NCBI RefSeq assembly: GCF_009914755.1
Contig: NC_060934.1
Length of the DNA: 64,000 bases
Source of the DNA: the human T2T-CHM13v2.0 reference genome, Homo sapiens
Strand: one strand, 5' to 3'
This document shows, piece after piece, positions 14,446 through 29,982 of the stretch (positions are counted from its first letter, which is position 1; every line of letters starts with the position of its first letter). The translations under genes were made by a program, and so were the position numbers. The notes beneath the pieces are model-generated. The model made no database searches, was not told the origin of the DNA, and saw only the letters and a program-made list of their open reading frames with translations.

Positions 14446-16084
14446 TCATGCTGGATAAGGGCCTACCCTACCGTAAAGACCACACTTTGACTTAGTCACC
14501 TCTTTAAATTCCCTGCCTCCAAATACAGTCACACATCCAGGATGCTGAATTTCTGAGGTTAGAACACTGACATATGGATTTGGAGGGACACAGTGTAGCC
14601 CATAACAGTATGATTTTGATAACATAAGACTTTTCATCTACAGTTTCCCTCTGTCTTTAGTGGCCTTTGAATTTTTTTTTTTTTTTCCTGCAAGCCCATG
14701 GGTCCCTGGTGCTACTGGACTCGAGGGAGGTAAGGAGCTTTCTAATGGGACTCCAATTTGTTTCTGTTCAGATCTGGAAATTCCTTGTAATCAAATTAGT
14801 GACAGAACAATGCAATCAGGTAGTTTGAGATCCAAACAGGAACTTCAGAGCAGTTCTTTAAGTGTGATCATTCTCCTGTGAGTGTGGCTCAGTCTCTGAG
14901 CTCAACCTACCTGGGCTTAAGCTGCATTTAGCATTAGGATATTCACACATCCTGCTTGGACTTAATTCCAGTTTCTTACCATTTATGTTTTTGTAGCATG
15001 AGTAGGGCAGCCAGCCTCATATTGGCTCTGGAATCCCAGTTGGACAGTGATGGCAAAACTCGGGCTTTGGTGCTGGTGTCACACACTTGGTGACCCAGGG
15101 CTGTCCCACACAACTCCAGGGGGCACTGTTCTTCTCCACAGCCCACGAGGCTGGCTTCTGTCCTCCACTCGCACCTTGCGTGGCCCTCCGTGGCCTTGGG
15201 CCGTCAGAAAAGCGCTTTAGTATCAGGAGCTCATGGGGCAAGGGAGGGGGCTTGGCTCGTGACAAATAAATGACACCGGGCTTCTTGATGATGACTTACA
15301 AGCTCAGTTTTGGCCTGCCACTCTGCAGTTATCCACATGCCCACATGCACGTGGGAAACTGAGTATCCACGCAGGCACTCCCTGTCTTCAAAAGGCAGAT
15401 GGTTTCACCCCAGACAGATGTCTGTCAGTTCGTTGAATTTTCATTTGGGTGCCTTGAGGAGAAAAAGATGCTTTCTCTTGGCATATAGTGTGTGCTGTCA
15501 AAACAGCTCAGGTTAGGGGTCATAGAGATCCGTCTTTGAATATCAGCCTGGTGTCTTATTAGGCATGTCACCTTGGGGGTTATTTACCTTAAGCCTGAGT
15601 TTCTCCTTTGTAAAACTGGTGATAACACCAACCTCTTTGGGCCCTTCTGAGGAGAAAGAGATAACCTAGCCCAAACCGGGCCCATGGTCTGTGCTTGATA
15701 ATGTTAGTTTCTTTCATCCTTTATTGATTGCTTTGTAAGTAGAAGGCTGAGTTGCTTGGGACTGAATCTCTAGCTTAATTCAGGCTCTCCCCAGCCCTGC
15801 TGCATGGGCCCCATTGCTTCTGTAGCCCCTGCCTGTTGCAAAGTGCTGGTCAGAATTTTAATGTTAGCTCTGAGGTTAGATCAGGGACTGTAGTTCTTAT
15901 TGATTGCTGGGGGGTCCTGAAGGGACAGGATGAAGGCAGATCTCTACATCTCTCATCAGAAATGTTACCTTGAGTCTTTATCTAGATGCAGTTGCTGTTT
16001 AGACCTATGATTTGTTGCTGCATCTCCTGAGGAGTGTGATGCAAGATTTTTATGCCATCCTGAGTGATTTGTTTCAGTTTTAAA

Positions 16085-16350
16085 TTTTATTTTATTTATT
16101 TATTTTTATAGACAGGCTCTTGGTCTACTGGCCAGACCAGAGTGCAGTGATGCGATCATAGCTCACTGCAGCCTTGAACTCCCAGGCTCAAGTGATCCTC
16201 CAACCCTGGCCTTCTGAGTAGCTGGGACTACAGGTCTAGCTAATTAAAAAAAACTTTTTTAAGGAGATTGGGAGAGGGTCTTGTTATGTTGCCCTGGTCT
16301 CAAACTCTTGACCAAAGTGCAGGGATTAGAGATGTGAGCCACCACACCCA
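16085..16350 (-). mobile_element. AluJ
   Basis: atcatagctcactgcagccttgaactcc, degenerate. Confidence 0.8.
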
Positions 16351-16980
16351 GGGGAGTGATTTAACTTAATTGGTTACACTAGGTAAACTTAGGTGTATTT
16401 ATGTAACAGTCATGATTTCCTTTCTGACTGTTAGCTAGCTGCTGTAACAAACAGCCCCAACATTTTGCTGGCTTCATACAATACAAGTTTGTTTTTCATT
16501 TGTGTCAAAGTGGGCGGTGGGGAGGGTGAGCAGGGGCTCTGCTCTGCCCAGCCATTCAGAGTCTCTGGCTCCTTTGACCCTGCCAGTCTGCCCTCCACTG
16601 CCCTTCCCCATTCAACCTGTAGATGGGGAAAGAAAGAGATGAGGATGGTGCATAGATTTTCTTTCTGGCCTGGTCTGGGGGTGGTGCCCATCCCTTCTGC
16701 TCACATTTTCTCACCGTGACCTGAGTCTCTGGTCAGACCTGCAGCAAGTGGGGTGGGAAATGTAATCTGACTGTGTGCCTCGCAGGAAGAGGAGAATGTG
16801 GATTTGGTGGTCTCCTCCACGTGTTCCTATTGATGCTTATTTTCCATTACCAGGAAGAATGTTAGTCTGGACTCTTCAGCTTCATTGGCGTTGAGCATAG
16901 AGGTTGTACATCCTCAGGACTTTCACCCTGAAAGTCACTTGGCAGAACAGATGTTCATGTCCCTATAAAGACGGAAGTGA

Positions 16981-17438
<458 letters not shown>

Positions 17439-18305
17439 TCAGTGTGTCCTGTCCTTTTCATATCTGTCTGGCTGTTCCTGTTCCCACCATCCAAAAACAC
17501 ATGCACACCCCAGGCCCCTTTCCTGTGCTGTTTAATTCTTTTGGCCTCAGAAGGCTGTGTACTAAAGCTTGCTAATGAGAACCGTGTCTTTGTTTTTAAG
17601 TGTTTTTTGTCTTTATAGAATGGAATCTCTATATTCTGAAATAACTCTTGTCTATGAGTATGTATGCAATGAGAAAGGCTATAAAGTTAAATCAAGGAGA
17701 GCAACAGTGACTTAAAAGTTAGGCGTTGGGATACTATGGTGTGGAGTTTAGAGCACTGGATTGACAGCCTGAATAATAGGGTCTGGTATTCCTGGGTACA
17801 GCACTTAACTGCTGCCACCTCTGCCCTCCCTGAGCCCCAGGCCCCTTACCTGGAGTTAGGGCATATCCTAGCACATCTGTGCATCTCAGCTCTGCCCAGG
17901 GGAGAGAGCAGGACCGTGTGTGTGGAAGAGCTTTGAGAAGAGAAAGTACTACTTAGTGTTGGGTTATTCATGTTAAACTATTATACAGTCAATATTAACT
18001 TCTTATAGAGAAAATATATGATTTCTGGTGATTGTTTTAAATTGGAAAAGGACAGTGTGGCATTGTGAGTTTCACTTTCCTCAAAGTTTTATGATTTTTA
18101 TTTTACTTACTAGTAGACAAGTTTTCTAGTAATTGATTATGTTGTGAGTAGATGAACATCTTGCATAAGCAGCTAGCCTGGGCTGCTGTGTAACCTATGT
18201 ATAGAGACGAATGGTGATGAAGCCTGTATGTTTCAGCCTCGGTTAGGAAACCTTCTGTCCTAAGCCACAGAAAAGTTAAAGAAGACTCTGCCTCGAAATA
18301 ACTCA

Positions 18306-18450
18306 TTTCTTCCCTCCCTTCTCCCCTTCTTCCCTCATTCCTTCTGTCCTTTCTTCCTCCCCTCCTTCCTTTCCTCCTTCCTTTCCTCCCCTCCTTCCTT
18401 CTCCCCCTCCTTTCCTTCCTTCCCTTCTTTCTTCCTTCCTTCCTGTTTGC
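18306..18450. repeat. Polypyrimidine (CCTT/CT-rich) low-complexity tract
   Basis: Almost exclusively C/T. Confidence 0.85.
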
Positions 18451-18542
18451 TTGCCAGCCCTGTTCTTAGACATTGGTATCTGGAGCTGCCCTCATGGGGT
18501 TTATAGTCTGATACAGCCAACTCTTCCATATCTGAAACTCTC

Positions 18543-18794
18543 GAGGCCAGTGGTGTTTCAGAATTCCAGTTTGTCACAGTGCAGAGAGACAGGTGGGAGC
18601 TGTGTGAGGCCAGCGGTGTTTCAGAATTCCAGTTTGTCACAGTGCAGAGAGACAGGTGGGAGCTGTGCGAGGCCAGCGGTGTTTCAGAATTCCAGTTTGT
18701 CACAGTGCAGAGAGACAGGTGGGAGCTGTGCGAGGCCAGCGGTGTTTCAGAATTCCAGTTTGTCACAGTGCAGAGAGACAGGTGGGAGCTGTGC
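18543..18794. repeat. 63-bp tandem repeat x4
   Basis: Units start at 18543, 18606, 18669 and 18732 and are near identical. Confidence 0.95.
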
Positions 18795-19825
18795 TTGTGG
18801 CTCCTGTGCCAGACACCCCGAGCAGCTCTGGGCAACACCCTGGAGTCGAGCATATTGATTCTGCTGCCATGAGCGTGTGAACATTCACAGCACGAGGGAA
18901 GCCATCCGTAATTAGCTCCTCTCCGCTCAGGTTAGACTTTTGCAGTTAAATGAATTACAGAAATCTCTTTGGGTTTGGGAACTTTGTGGGTATTTCGGGC
19001 TTGTGGGTAATGAACTGTCGATGTTGTATTTTTTCACAGCTCAACCAACATATTCAGGTTTTGTCTTCTCAGGGCCTGTCATTCATTCTGGTTCTCTGAT
19101 CAGATTTCCTCAGACTGTGGGTGCCTGCAGCCAGCCCGGAAGCCCTTTAAAATGCCCTTCGTGGCCATCCTGGCCTCATTCCCAGATCCACTCCTGTCCA
19201 GCTGGGTGCCTGGCTGGTCCCCGGTCACAGTCTGCAATTCCCACTCCCCTGCCTCAGCTTCACAGGGTCTGTGGCTGATCCGAGTCAGGCCCTGGGCACT
19301 GCTGGCCTCATCACATTGGCCTCCGGACCCCTTCTGGAAGAGACTTATCCCTTTGTTCCACCCCGGGCTGTGGGGACAAGATTTTGCGAGAGCTGAGGGC
19401 CCAGTGAGAATGGTCTTGAGTCCTTAGGGCCTGGGAGCCCTAGGTGGAAGTGGGAAGGAGGAGGAGGAGAGTGGGGAGGAGATGTGAGGACTAAGCGCAC
19501 CCAGGGCCAGTTTAAGAGGTCAGGGTCGAGGACATTAGAGGCCTGTCTCCCCCAGGCGCATAAAGCTGTGAGTTTTCCTTCTTCAGTTCCTTAGGCAGAA
19601 CCCCTAAAGCAGATTCTGGGGTGATGGAACTCTGGGTATGAGTTCTTGTTAGCCAGGCATAGTTAGGAGCTTGGGCCTGCATCTGGACGAGAGAGACTCA
19701 GCTGTGCCCATTGAGAGCTTGTGCTGCCTGCAAAGTGACCTGCCTGAGGCTCATTGCCTGGTCCCTGTGAATATTAAGTGGCTTCAACACAAAGAAGGGA
19801 CTTCCAGGGGAGGCTGCCCGGGATT

Positions 19826-20020
19826 GCCAGTGCAGTGGGGCTCCGCTGATGCTCAGGATCACCAGCGTGCAGCGGGGACTCCACTGATGCCTGGGATTGA
19901 TTGCCAGCATGCAGCGGGGACTCCACTGATGCCTGGGATTGATTGCCAGCATGCAGCGGGGGCTCCGCTGATGCCCGGTATCCACCAGCGTGCAGCGGGG
20001 GCTCTGCTGATGCCTGGGCT
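19826..20020. repeat. ~39-42-bp tandem repeat, ~4.5 copies
   Basis: gcagcggggactccactgatgcctgggattgattgccagcat and variants. Confidence 0.85.
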
Positions 20021-20154
20021 TGCATGCCGCTGCCGCTGCCTACTGGTGCGTGGCGGTAGCCGCCTGTGCCCAGCTGGTGTGCTTGTCCAAGGTGATGACG
20101 GTACTTTTTATTGCACAGAGTTGCTGGAGAGTTGAATGACCTGGGTCATGTCAG

Positions 20155-20430
20155 CACAGTTTCTCAGTCCCTGCACTGTTGACATTCTGGGCAGGATAAT
20201 TTTTCACCCTGGGGAGCTGTCCTGTACCTTGCTGGATACTTAGCAGGGCCTGCCCAGTAGATCCCGGTAGCAGGATCCCCCTCCAGCTCTGTATGTTCTT
20301 CAGATGATTTGGGGATATCACTGGTATTTTAATAAGTTCTAGAATTTCCCCCATTGACATTGCCAGGATGTCAAGCCAGGATGTCTCAGCCATTGCCAAC
20401 TGTCCCGGGGGTAAGTGGGGCGGGATGGCC
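20155..20430 (-). mobile_element. MER20 (hAT-Charlie) interrupted by a 77-bp templated insert
   Basis: Matches recalled antisense MER20 (tttctca...cactgttgacattctgggcaggataat...gctgtcctgt...cattgccaactgtccc). Confidence 0.8.
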
Positions 20431-22494
20431 TAACTCATGGTAAACACTCAACAGCTGCTTACTGTTACTAATGATACTGTGTTATTAGCAGCAAAGTCAG
20501 CGAAGTCACTTCTGTATATTTGGGAAGAAAAGCTAGAAACCCCAACGACTTGGTCTGGCAGGGTGTGCAGGTGGGCACGGAGGATTCGGACAGGTGAGCA
20601 CGGAGGATTTGGAGGAGGAGAAAGTCAAGGTGCAGATGGGCACAGAGGATTTGGAGGAGGAGAAAGCCGAGAGGGAGTGTGGGGGCCCTTCGGCCAAGCT
20701 TCTTGGCTGTCTAAAGATCATTAGGAGCTGGCTGTGTTTCATTCTCCTTCTGAGAGACAAACATGAGTTTCTCTTGAGGCCAGGAGTGATGTGCAGATGA
20801 ACACGAATTGTGTGGCTCATCCCAACATGTCCTTTAAGAAACCCCATGCAGGCTGCTTAGAGACCTTCCTAAACGCAGGAACTCAAGCATTTGCTTCTTG
20901 GAGTTCTATTTGCTGGAATAAAGGCACTTATCAACCTCTTTTTTATTTTTCGAAAATAATAACTTATTTTCTTTAACATAATTGACTTCACCAGAGGCAA
21001 ATACCGATTTAGCAGGAAGGAAATGTGATTATTTTCCTTTCTAATTGCTGTGCTTCTATTAACTTCACAAGATTTGTTTTCAAGTCCTCCTAACGTCATA
21101 AGTGTTTTCCTGACAATTTTTCAAAGGCAGGAATCGTCCTGTTCCTCCAGGCACCGTGGCCAAGTGGCCAGATTTCTTCACATTATTCTTGGGGGTTGTT
21201 GCTTTGAGAATCAGCCCAGTGAGGCCAAGGGGAAGGGGAGGTGGGGGTGTGTGCAGGAGGCCTGAGACTTAGGTGACCCCGATGACGGTCTGTGCTATTT
21301 CCATACTCAGGCTCTGTGGCCGTCAGCCCGTTGCTCTGAGGGACAAAAGCTTTCTTATCCCAACCCAGGCTGGATGACCCCCCGATCCCGCGTTGCTCTC
21401 TGCAGTTCTGCGACATGCTTCCCCTCCAGTCCCCCTGGGGGCAGGTGGTGGCTCCGTGTCCCCTGCTAGACGGAGGGCCCTCGAGGGTGAGGCCTTAATC
21501 CTGTTGCTTTCTCTCTTCCCAGCACCTGCTGTGGTCCCTGGCACACCTTGCCGTACATTGAATGAAGGCAAAGGGAGAGATTTCATCTTAGCAAAATGTC
21601 ATGAACTGCCTGGAGAACCATGAGTTTTCTGTTGGTGGGGAGTTACGTCTTGGAGGGGGCGCCACTTCCAGGACTAAGGCAGTGTCGGCTCAGCTCGAGA
21701 ATGCAGTGGGTGACGGGGTCAGCAGCCCTAAAACTCCCTCCACCCCGGCTGTGGGAAGCACCCACTGGGGGCTCCATCCCGATGGGCTTCCTGAGCTAAA
21801 ATGGGTGCTTTGTCCATGCTGGATAAATATGTGGCGATGTTGGTGGGTTGGGCAAGTCAGTTACACGACTCTGTATGTTCTTCAGATGATTTGGGGATAT
21901 CACTGTTATTTTAATAAGTTCTAGAATTTCCCCCATTGACATTGCTACAAGGCAATTAAATTAAATTAAAGTTCCTTCTTAATAAAATGTTCCAGTAAAA
22001 CACTTTCCTAGTCCCCTTGTTGATACGTTTGTCTGCAGTGACTGGATTAGCTGGCGGGAGAATAGAAGAAAAGTGGATTTTGAAGGGAGATTGTGCTTGA
22101 GTCACGCTTCCAGCTCCTAGTCATTGTGGGACCCCAGTGGGGCTCCCCAGAGCTTTCGGGTCTTGATCATCTGTAAAATGAGGGTCCTGCCACCAGTCTT
22201 TTCTGCTCCCAAATGCAGTAATGAAAAGCCAATGAAATCAAAGTATATAATATATATGCTAAAGTACTTTGTAATTATAAAGCATTAAACAGCTAAAAGG
22301 AATAATAAATTCTGTTCAGAGCACAGATTGGCAAGCTTTTTCTGCAGAGATCTAGAAAATAAATACTTTAGGTTTTGCAGGCCAAGAGGCAAAATGGAGG
22401 ATACTATGTTAAGACATTAAACCTAGAACTACCATCTGACCCAGTGATTCTTCTCTTAGGTGTGCACCCAGAAGAAGTAGAAACAGTTCACATA

Positions 22495-22906
<412 letters not shown>

Positions 22907-23267
22907 GTTCAAACAAGTAGTTATTTACAATTGTTCGTAGCAGCATTAGTCACAATACTTAAAAGGTGGAAACAATTCAAATGTCCATCATTGGATGAAT
23001 GGATAAACAAAACATGGTATGTCCCTATAATGGAATATTATTCAGCCATGAAAAGGAATGAAACACCGATCATGCTACAGCATGGGTGAACCTTGAAAAC
23101 ATGCTAAGGGCAAGAAGCCAGTCACAGAGGGACATACATGATTCTATTAATAGGAAATGTGATTCTGTTTATATGAAATGTCCAGAATAGGCAAATCTGT
23201 AGGCACAGAAAGCAGATTAGTGGTTGCCCGGGACTAGGGGAGGGCGTGATGGGGAGTGGCCTCTTAG

Positions 23268-23588
<321 letters not shown>

Positions 23589-23616
23589 TAGGTAATTTAT
23601 AAGAAAAGAGGTATAA

Positions 23617-23921
23617 GGCTGGACACAGTGGTTCATGCCTGTGGCCCCAAAACCTTGGGAGGCCTAGGCAGGCTGATCCTTTGAGCCCAGAAGTTGGAGA
23701 CCAGCCTAGACAACATGACAAAACCCCATCTCTACAGAAAATTTAAAAATTAGCCAGGCGTGGTGGCACACACCTGTAGTCCCAGCTATTCAAAAGGCTG
23801 AGGTGGGAGGATTATGTCCCTGGAGCCCAGGAAGTGGAGGTTGCAGAGATTGCATCACTGCATTTCAGCCTGGGTGACAGAGTACGACCCTGTATCAAAA
23901 AAAAAAAAAAAAAAAAAAAAA
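23617..23921 (+). mobile_element. AluJ
   Basis: ttgagcccag in both arms, long A tail, TSD-like aagaggtataa/aagagttataa. Confidence 0.85.
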
Positions 23922-24514
23922 GGAAAGAGTTATAATTGGCTCATGTTTCTGTAAGCTGTACAGGAGTCATGGTGCTGGCATCTGCTTCTGGAGAGGCATC
24001 CGGAAACTTCCAATCATGGCAGAAGGGGAAGGGAGAGCCAATGCATCACAGGACAAGAGCAGGAGCAAGAGAGGGGAGGAGCTGCCACACTCTAGTCCAG
24101 TCTAGACCACACACTGGTCTAGAGTCTTAGAATCTTTTAGTTTTAGAATAATGACCATTATTTTTGTAACAACCAGTGTCTCGGGAACTCACTGAGTAAG
24201 AACTTGGTCCTCACCAAGAGGATGGTGCGAAGCCATTCCGGAGGGAGGCGCCATGATCCAAATCCCTCCCACAAGGCCCATCTTCAACATTGGGGATCAC
24301 ATTTCCACAAGAGATTTGGAGGGGACAGACATCCAAATGGTATCAGTGACTTTGGGGTTTCCTTATGCAGTGATGAAAATACTTAAGAACTAGACAGAGG
24401 TGGTGGTTGCACAACATTAGGAATGTACTAAATATTACACACTACTAAATTGTATACTTTAAAATGGTTAATTTTCTGTTATGTTAGTTTTACCTCCTTT
24501 AAAAAAAAAGATGA

Positions 24515-24831
<317 letters not shown>

Positions 24832-24916
24832 TTAGCTTATGGGCAGTATAAAGCTAAGCTGTGGGCCACATTTGGCCCATAGGCTGTAGTTTGCTGACCT
24901 CTGGTCTAGAGTCTTA

Positions 24917-25745
<829 letters not shown>

Positions 25746-25820
25746 GTGTAGAGAGAAACAGGCAGAGAAATAGGAGAGTTGAAGGGTACCCCACCCTCCT
25801 TGATTTCTAGTTGAGGAAAT

Positions 25821-26190
25821 GGAGGCTGTGAGTGCTGGAACTGAGCGGGGGGACTTGAGTGCTGGAACTGAGCAGGGGGAACTGAATGCTGGAACTGAGC
25901 AGGGGGAACTGAATGCTGGAACTGAGCAGGGGGAACTGAGTGCTGGAACTCAGTAGGGGGAGGCTGTGAGTGCTGGAACTCAGTAGGGGGAGGCTGTGAG
26001 TGCTGGAACTCAGTAGGGGGAGGCTGTGAGTGCTGGAACTCAGTAGTGGGAGGCTGTGAGTGCTGGAACTCAGTAGGGGGAGGCTGTGAGTGCTGGAACT
26101 CAGTAGGGGGAGGCTGTGAGTGCTGGAACTCAGTAGCGGGAGGCTGTGCATGCTGGAACTCAGTAGGGGGAGGCTGTGAGTGCTGGAACT
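25821..26190. repeat. Minisatellite with 27-bp units grading into 30-bp units (~12 copies)
   Basis: gaggctgtgagtgctggaactcagtagggg with period 30. Earlier units gaactgagcagggggaactgaatgctg with period 27. Confidence 0.93.
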
Positions 26191-27067
26191 GTCTCTGGGG
26201 AGCCCTGTCTGGAGCCTTAAAAAAGGCAAACGGCCCTTGAAACGGCAGGGTGGGGAGAGTTGACCAAAAGGTTAAAAAGCAATTTAACAGAAATCCAACT
26301 CTTCAGGATTCTTGCTTCTTCCACCGTGTTGCCTCCAGAAGAACAGAAAATGAAATCTCATTTTGCAGTTTTCGTCTGACCAGCAGTTACCATGGAGGGC
26401 CAGGTGTGGTCAAGGGCTCTAGAACGTTTGTCTGCACAGTTTCCCTCTTTGATCTCTGTGATTTATAGACAGGCACTTAAAGGTGGGATTAATGTGTAAA
26501 GAGCCTTCAGAGTGAAGGATCTAAGTCCCTGGAAATGAAGGATTGGATGAAAGTGTTTCTTAAGGACAAACTTTTAATAATTGTGGCATACATACTGTAG
26601 CATTAGTACTTCCATTGTACAAACTCAGTATTTGACTTACCTGCCAAAGTCTACTGCTTACCTGCACATAGGTGCATCAGCTTTGCAGATTCTTTTTAAA
26701 TGTGTCAACCCACGTTTTTAAAAACTGGTTTAGAAAATTCTCACTGGGCTTCCCGCCTCTATCACTGATCTAGTCATGATTCATCTTATGGCTGGGAAAG
26801 CATCACTAGCCTGGAGAAACTGAACGGTGGTGTTGAGTCTTGTTTTCAGTTTTTATTAGTATTTCCTGTTTCATACAGCCCACCTTTCTGGGCAATAAGC
26901 CTAACATACCATAGGCTGATTTTCTAAAACACTTTTATTTATGCACACACACATATACATGTAGTTAGAGCTGGGTGAAGTCCTGCCAGTAACCAGACCT
27001 GCTTTTTCATTTTATCCATCAGATCTCTTGGTGTCTTCTCTTACTACTCAGGGTACTCATGTGAACA

Positions 27068-27364
<297 letters not shown>

Positions 27365-27408
27365 GGCCTTATGTGAACATGTCTAAACACATACACACAC
27401 ATTGCAGA

Positions 27409-27411
<3 letters not shown>

Positions 27412-27460
<49 letters not shown>
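27412..27460. repeat. (TG)22 microsatellite followed by CGCGC
   Basis: Direct read. Confidence 0.95.
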
Positions 27461-28212
27461 CTAGGTGCATCTGCAGAAATAGGTCTACAACTCCAGGCTA
27501 TAGCTGGAGAATCTCCAGGATGGGCTTATGTCACAGTAGGGTGTGATGTGGGGTGTGCCTGCTATGTGTGTTGGGTGGGGTTGGAGTGGGATGGGTTGAG
27601 CTGGTAACACTGAGAATCTTTGGCCCTGAGCTCCATAAACTGAACCCGTGAGGGAGGTGCCTAGCTGGGTGCAAACTCCTTAATTCCTGTTTGACTTTGG
27701 CCCAGTTAGTTAACCGCTCTGAGCCTCAGTTTGCACATCTGTAGGGTGGGGATAAATAGTACTTGCTTCCTGTGACTGGAGAAAAGAGTGATGTGATAGG
27801 GGTAAAATGTTCAGCATCGTGCCCGACACCTGGTAGCCACCTGCTACATGGGAGTACCATCGGGGCACCATGTAAGCCTGAAAATTGATCCGGTGACAGA
27901 GCCACCGAAGTGTTTTGTCTTCTGTTTTCTTTTCTTTCTTTCTTTTTTTTTTTTAAATACTAGAGAGCTGTTAAGAATCATCAGATTTCCACATAAAACA
28001 CTTGATGTTTGCTCTCAGCTCGAAAATAGGTACAAACGTCAGTGTGAATTGAGATTTCCAGGAAAAGTAGACAAAAGAAAAAAAAGAACTTTGAACAACA
28101 TTTTCCCGTAAGTATTTTCATATATTTACATGTCAACTTAAGGGAAAACACAACTACTTATCTTGCAGTTTTACGACTGTATCACTTAATAAACATTCTA
28201 TGCCAGAGGAGG

Positions 28213-28652
28213 TTATGGGTTGAGTCCCCTGAAAAGACAGGTTGAAGTCCTAACCCTTAGTGCCTCAGAGTGTGACCTTACTTGGAAATGGGGTCATCAC
28301 AGATGTAATTCGTTAAGATGTGGTCATACTGGATTAAGGTGGGCGTTTAATCCAATATGCCTGGTGTCCTTGTTAAGAAGAGGAGGGACACGTGAGAACT
28401 CAGCCAAGTGAGGATGGAGGCAGAAGTGGGCGTTACACGGCCGCAAGCCAAGGAGTGTCCAGCAGCCCGTAGGGCTCCCTGGAGCTGGAAGAGGCAAGGA
28501 GGAAGTCTCCCCCAGAGGGTTTGGAGGGAGCATGGCCCTGTAGGCACCTTAATTTCTGACATCTGGCCTCTGAAACTGTGAGAAAATAAATATCTGTTAT
28601 TAGAAGCCACCAAGCTTTGGTACTTTGTGTGGCAGCCCCGGGATACTGACAC
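28213..28652 (+). mobile_element. MLT1B/C-like LTR
   Basis: ttatgggttga...gaagtcctaaccc...tgtgaccttacttggaaat...tttgtgtggcagccc...actgacaca. Confidence 0.8.
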
Positions 28653-29133
28653 AGTCGTAGAAATGCAGTTGAGACACAGGGGAAAAAGTATTTCTGTTAG
28701 TGGGCAATTGAGAAGGAGAGACTTGTAGGCTTTTAGTGCTCACTTCAGACCATTGGCGCCCTGCATCTTGTCTTATCTCCAGTCATTGAGGAAATAAGGC
28801 TCAGAACAATTGTGCTCCGGTGTATTTTGCGTCGTCTTTTTAGAAGAAAACTGCCTAGAGAGTGCGGTGGTGACTACCACGCCAGGTGTGTGACCATGAT
28901 AGCAGATTTCCGTCTCTGATCTGCTTTTTCTTTCAGTTTGGATTTGATGTGAATGTTGTTGACCAGAACTGGAGGTGAGCAGGAGAGAATTAACTGCCTT
29001 CCGTCCAGAGGGACTAGGCATTGAAATGTGCATTCCAGATTCCCCTGGAGCAGTGAACTTTGGAGTTAGAGGCCGAGCTGATGATCTCTTCCTTTCTTTC
29101 CAAAGAGGATGTCCGTGAGTTACTGTCTCATTC

Positions 29134-29460
<327 letters not shown>

Positions 29461-29982
29461 TAGTCAGAGCTGCCCACGTGGCGACACCCTCCCTAGGCGT
29501 TAAGGACTCAGTGAAGAACAACACCAGCTTGGTGTCCACCCTTGGGTTGCTGTGGCTGCCTAGCAGGAAGGACTTGGGGCCAGGCAGTTACCATGCTCGG
29601 CGGAGAGGTGAGTGGTCTCAGGGAAGACACCTGCCGTGCAGGTGAGGGGCACCTACCCAGGTGCCACCTGGTCTGCGAACGCCAGTGAGGGGTGTATTGT
29701 TTCTGGACTCTGACAGACATACTGAAGATACTCAGGGGAAGAGGGGCTAAGTGTTCTCAGCAGTGGGAACGGCACATCCTAGCCTCGTGTCGCTCGTTGG
29801 AGAAGCTGAAAAAATGAAACATGCACAGAGTGAAGGCGTTCAGCAGAGTGAGAATAAGCCGTGAATGGGAGAAAGGACTCGGAGCCTCCCAGGTCGAATA
29901 AGGGCCTGGAGGAACAGCATGAGCTCGTGGGACCCATCTCCCTGGGCTCTTGCTGTGGGCCAGGGTTCAGCCTGATGAGCTG

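Noticed and set aside
18543-18794. CRISPR-like or coding repeat array (also 25821-26190)
   Set aside because: Head-to-tail units without unique spacers, in a eukaryotic context. ORFs stay open only because the unit lengths are multiples of 3.
20570-20670. Short imperfect direct repeats (gcacggaggatttggaggaggagaaag; similar small ones at ~9045-9112 and ~12196-12240)
   Set aside because: Ordinary 2-3 copy local slippage duplications with no further structure.
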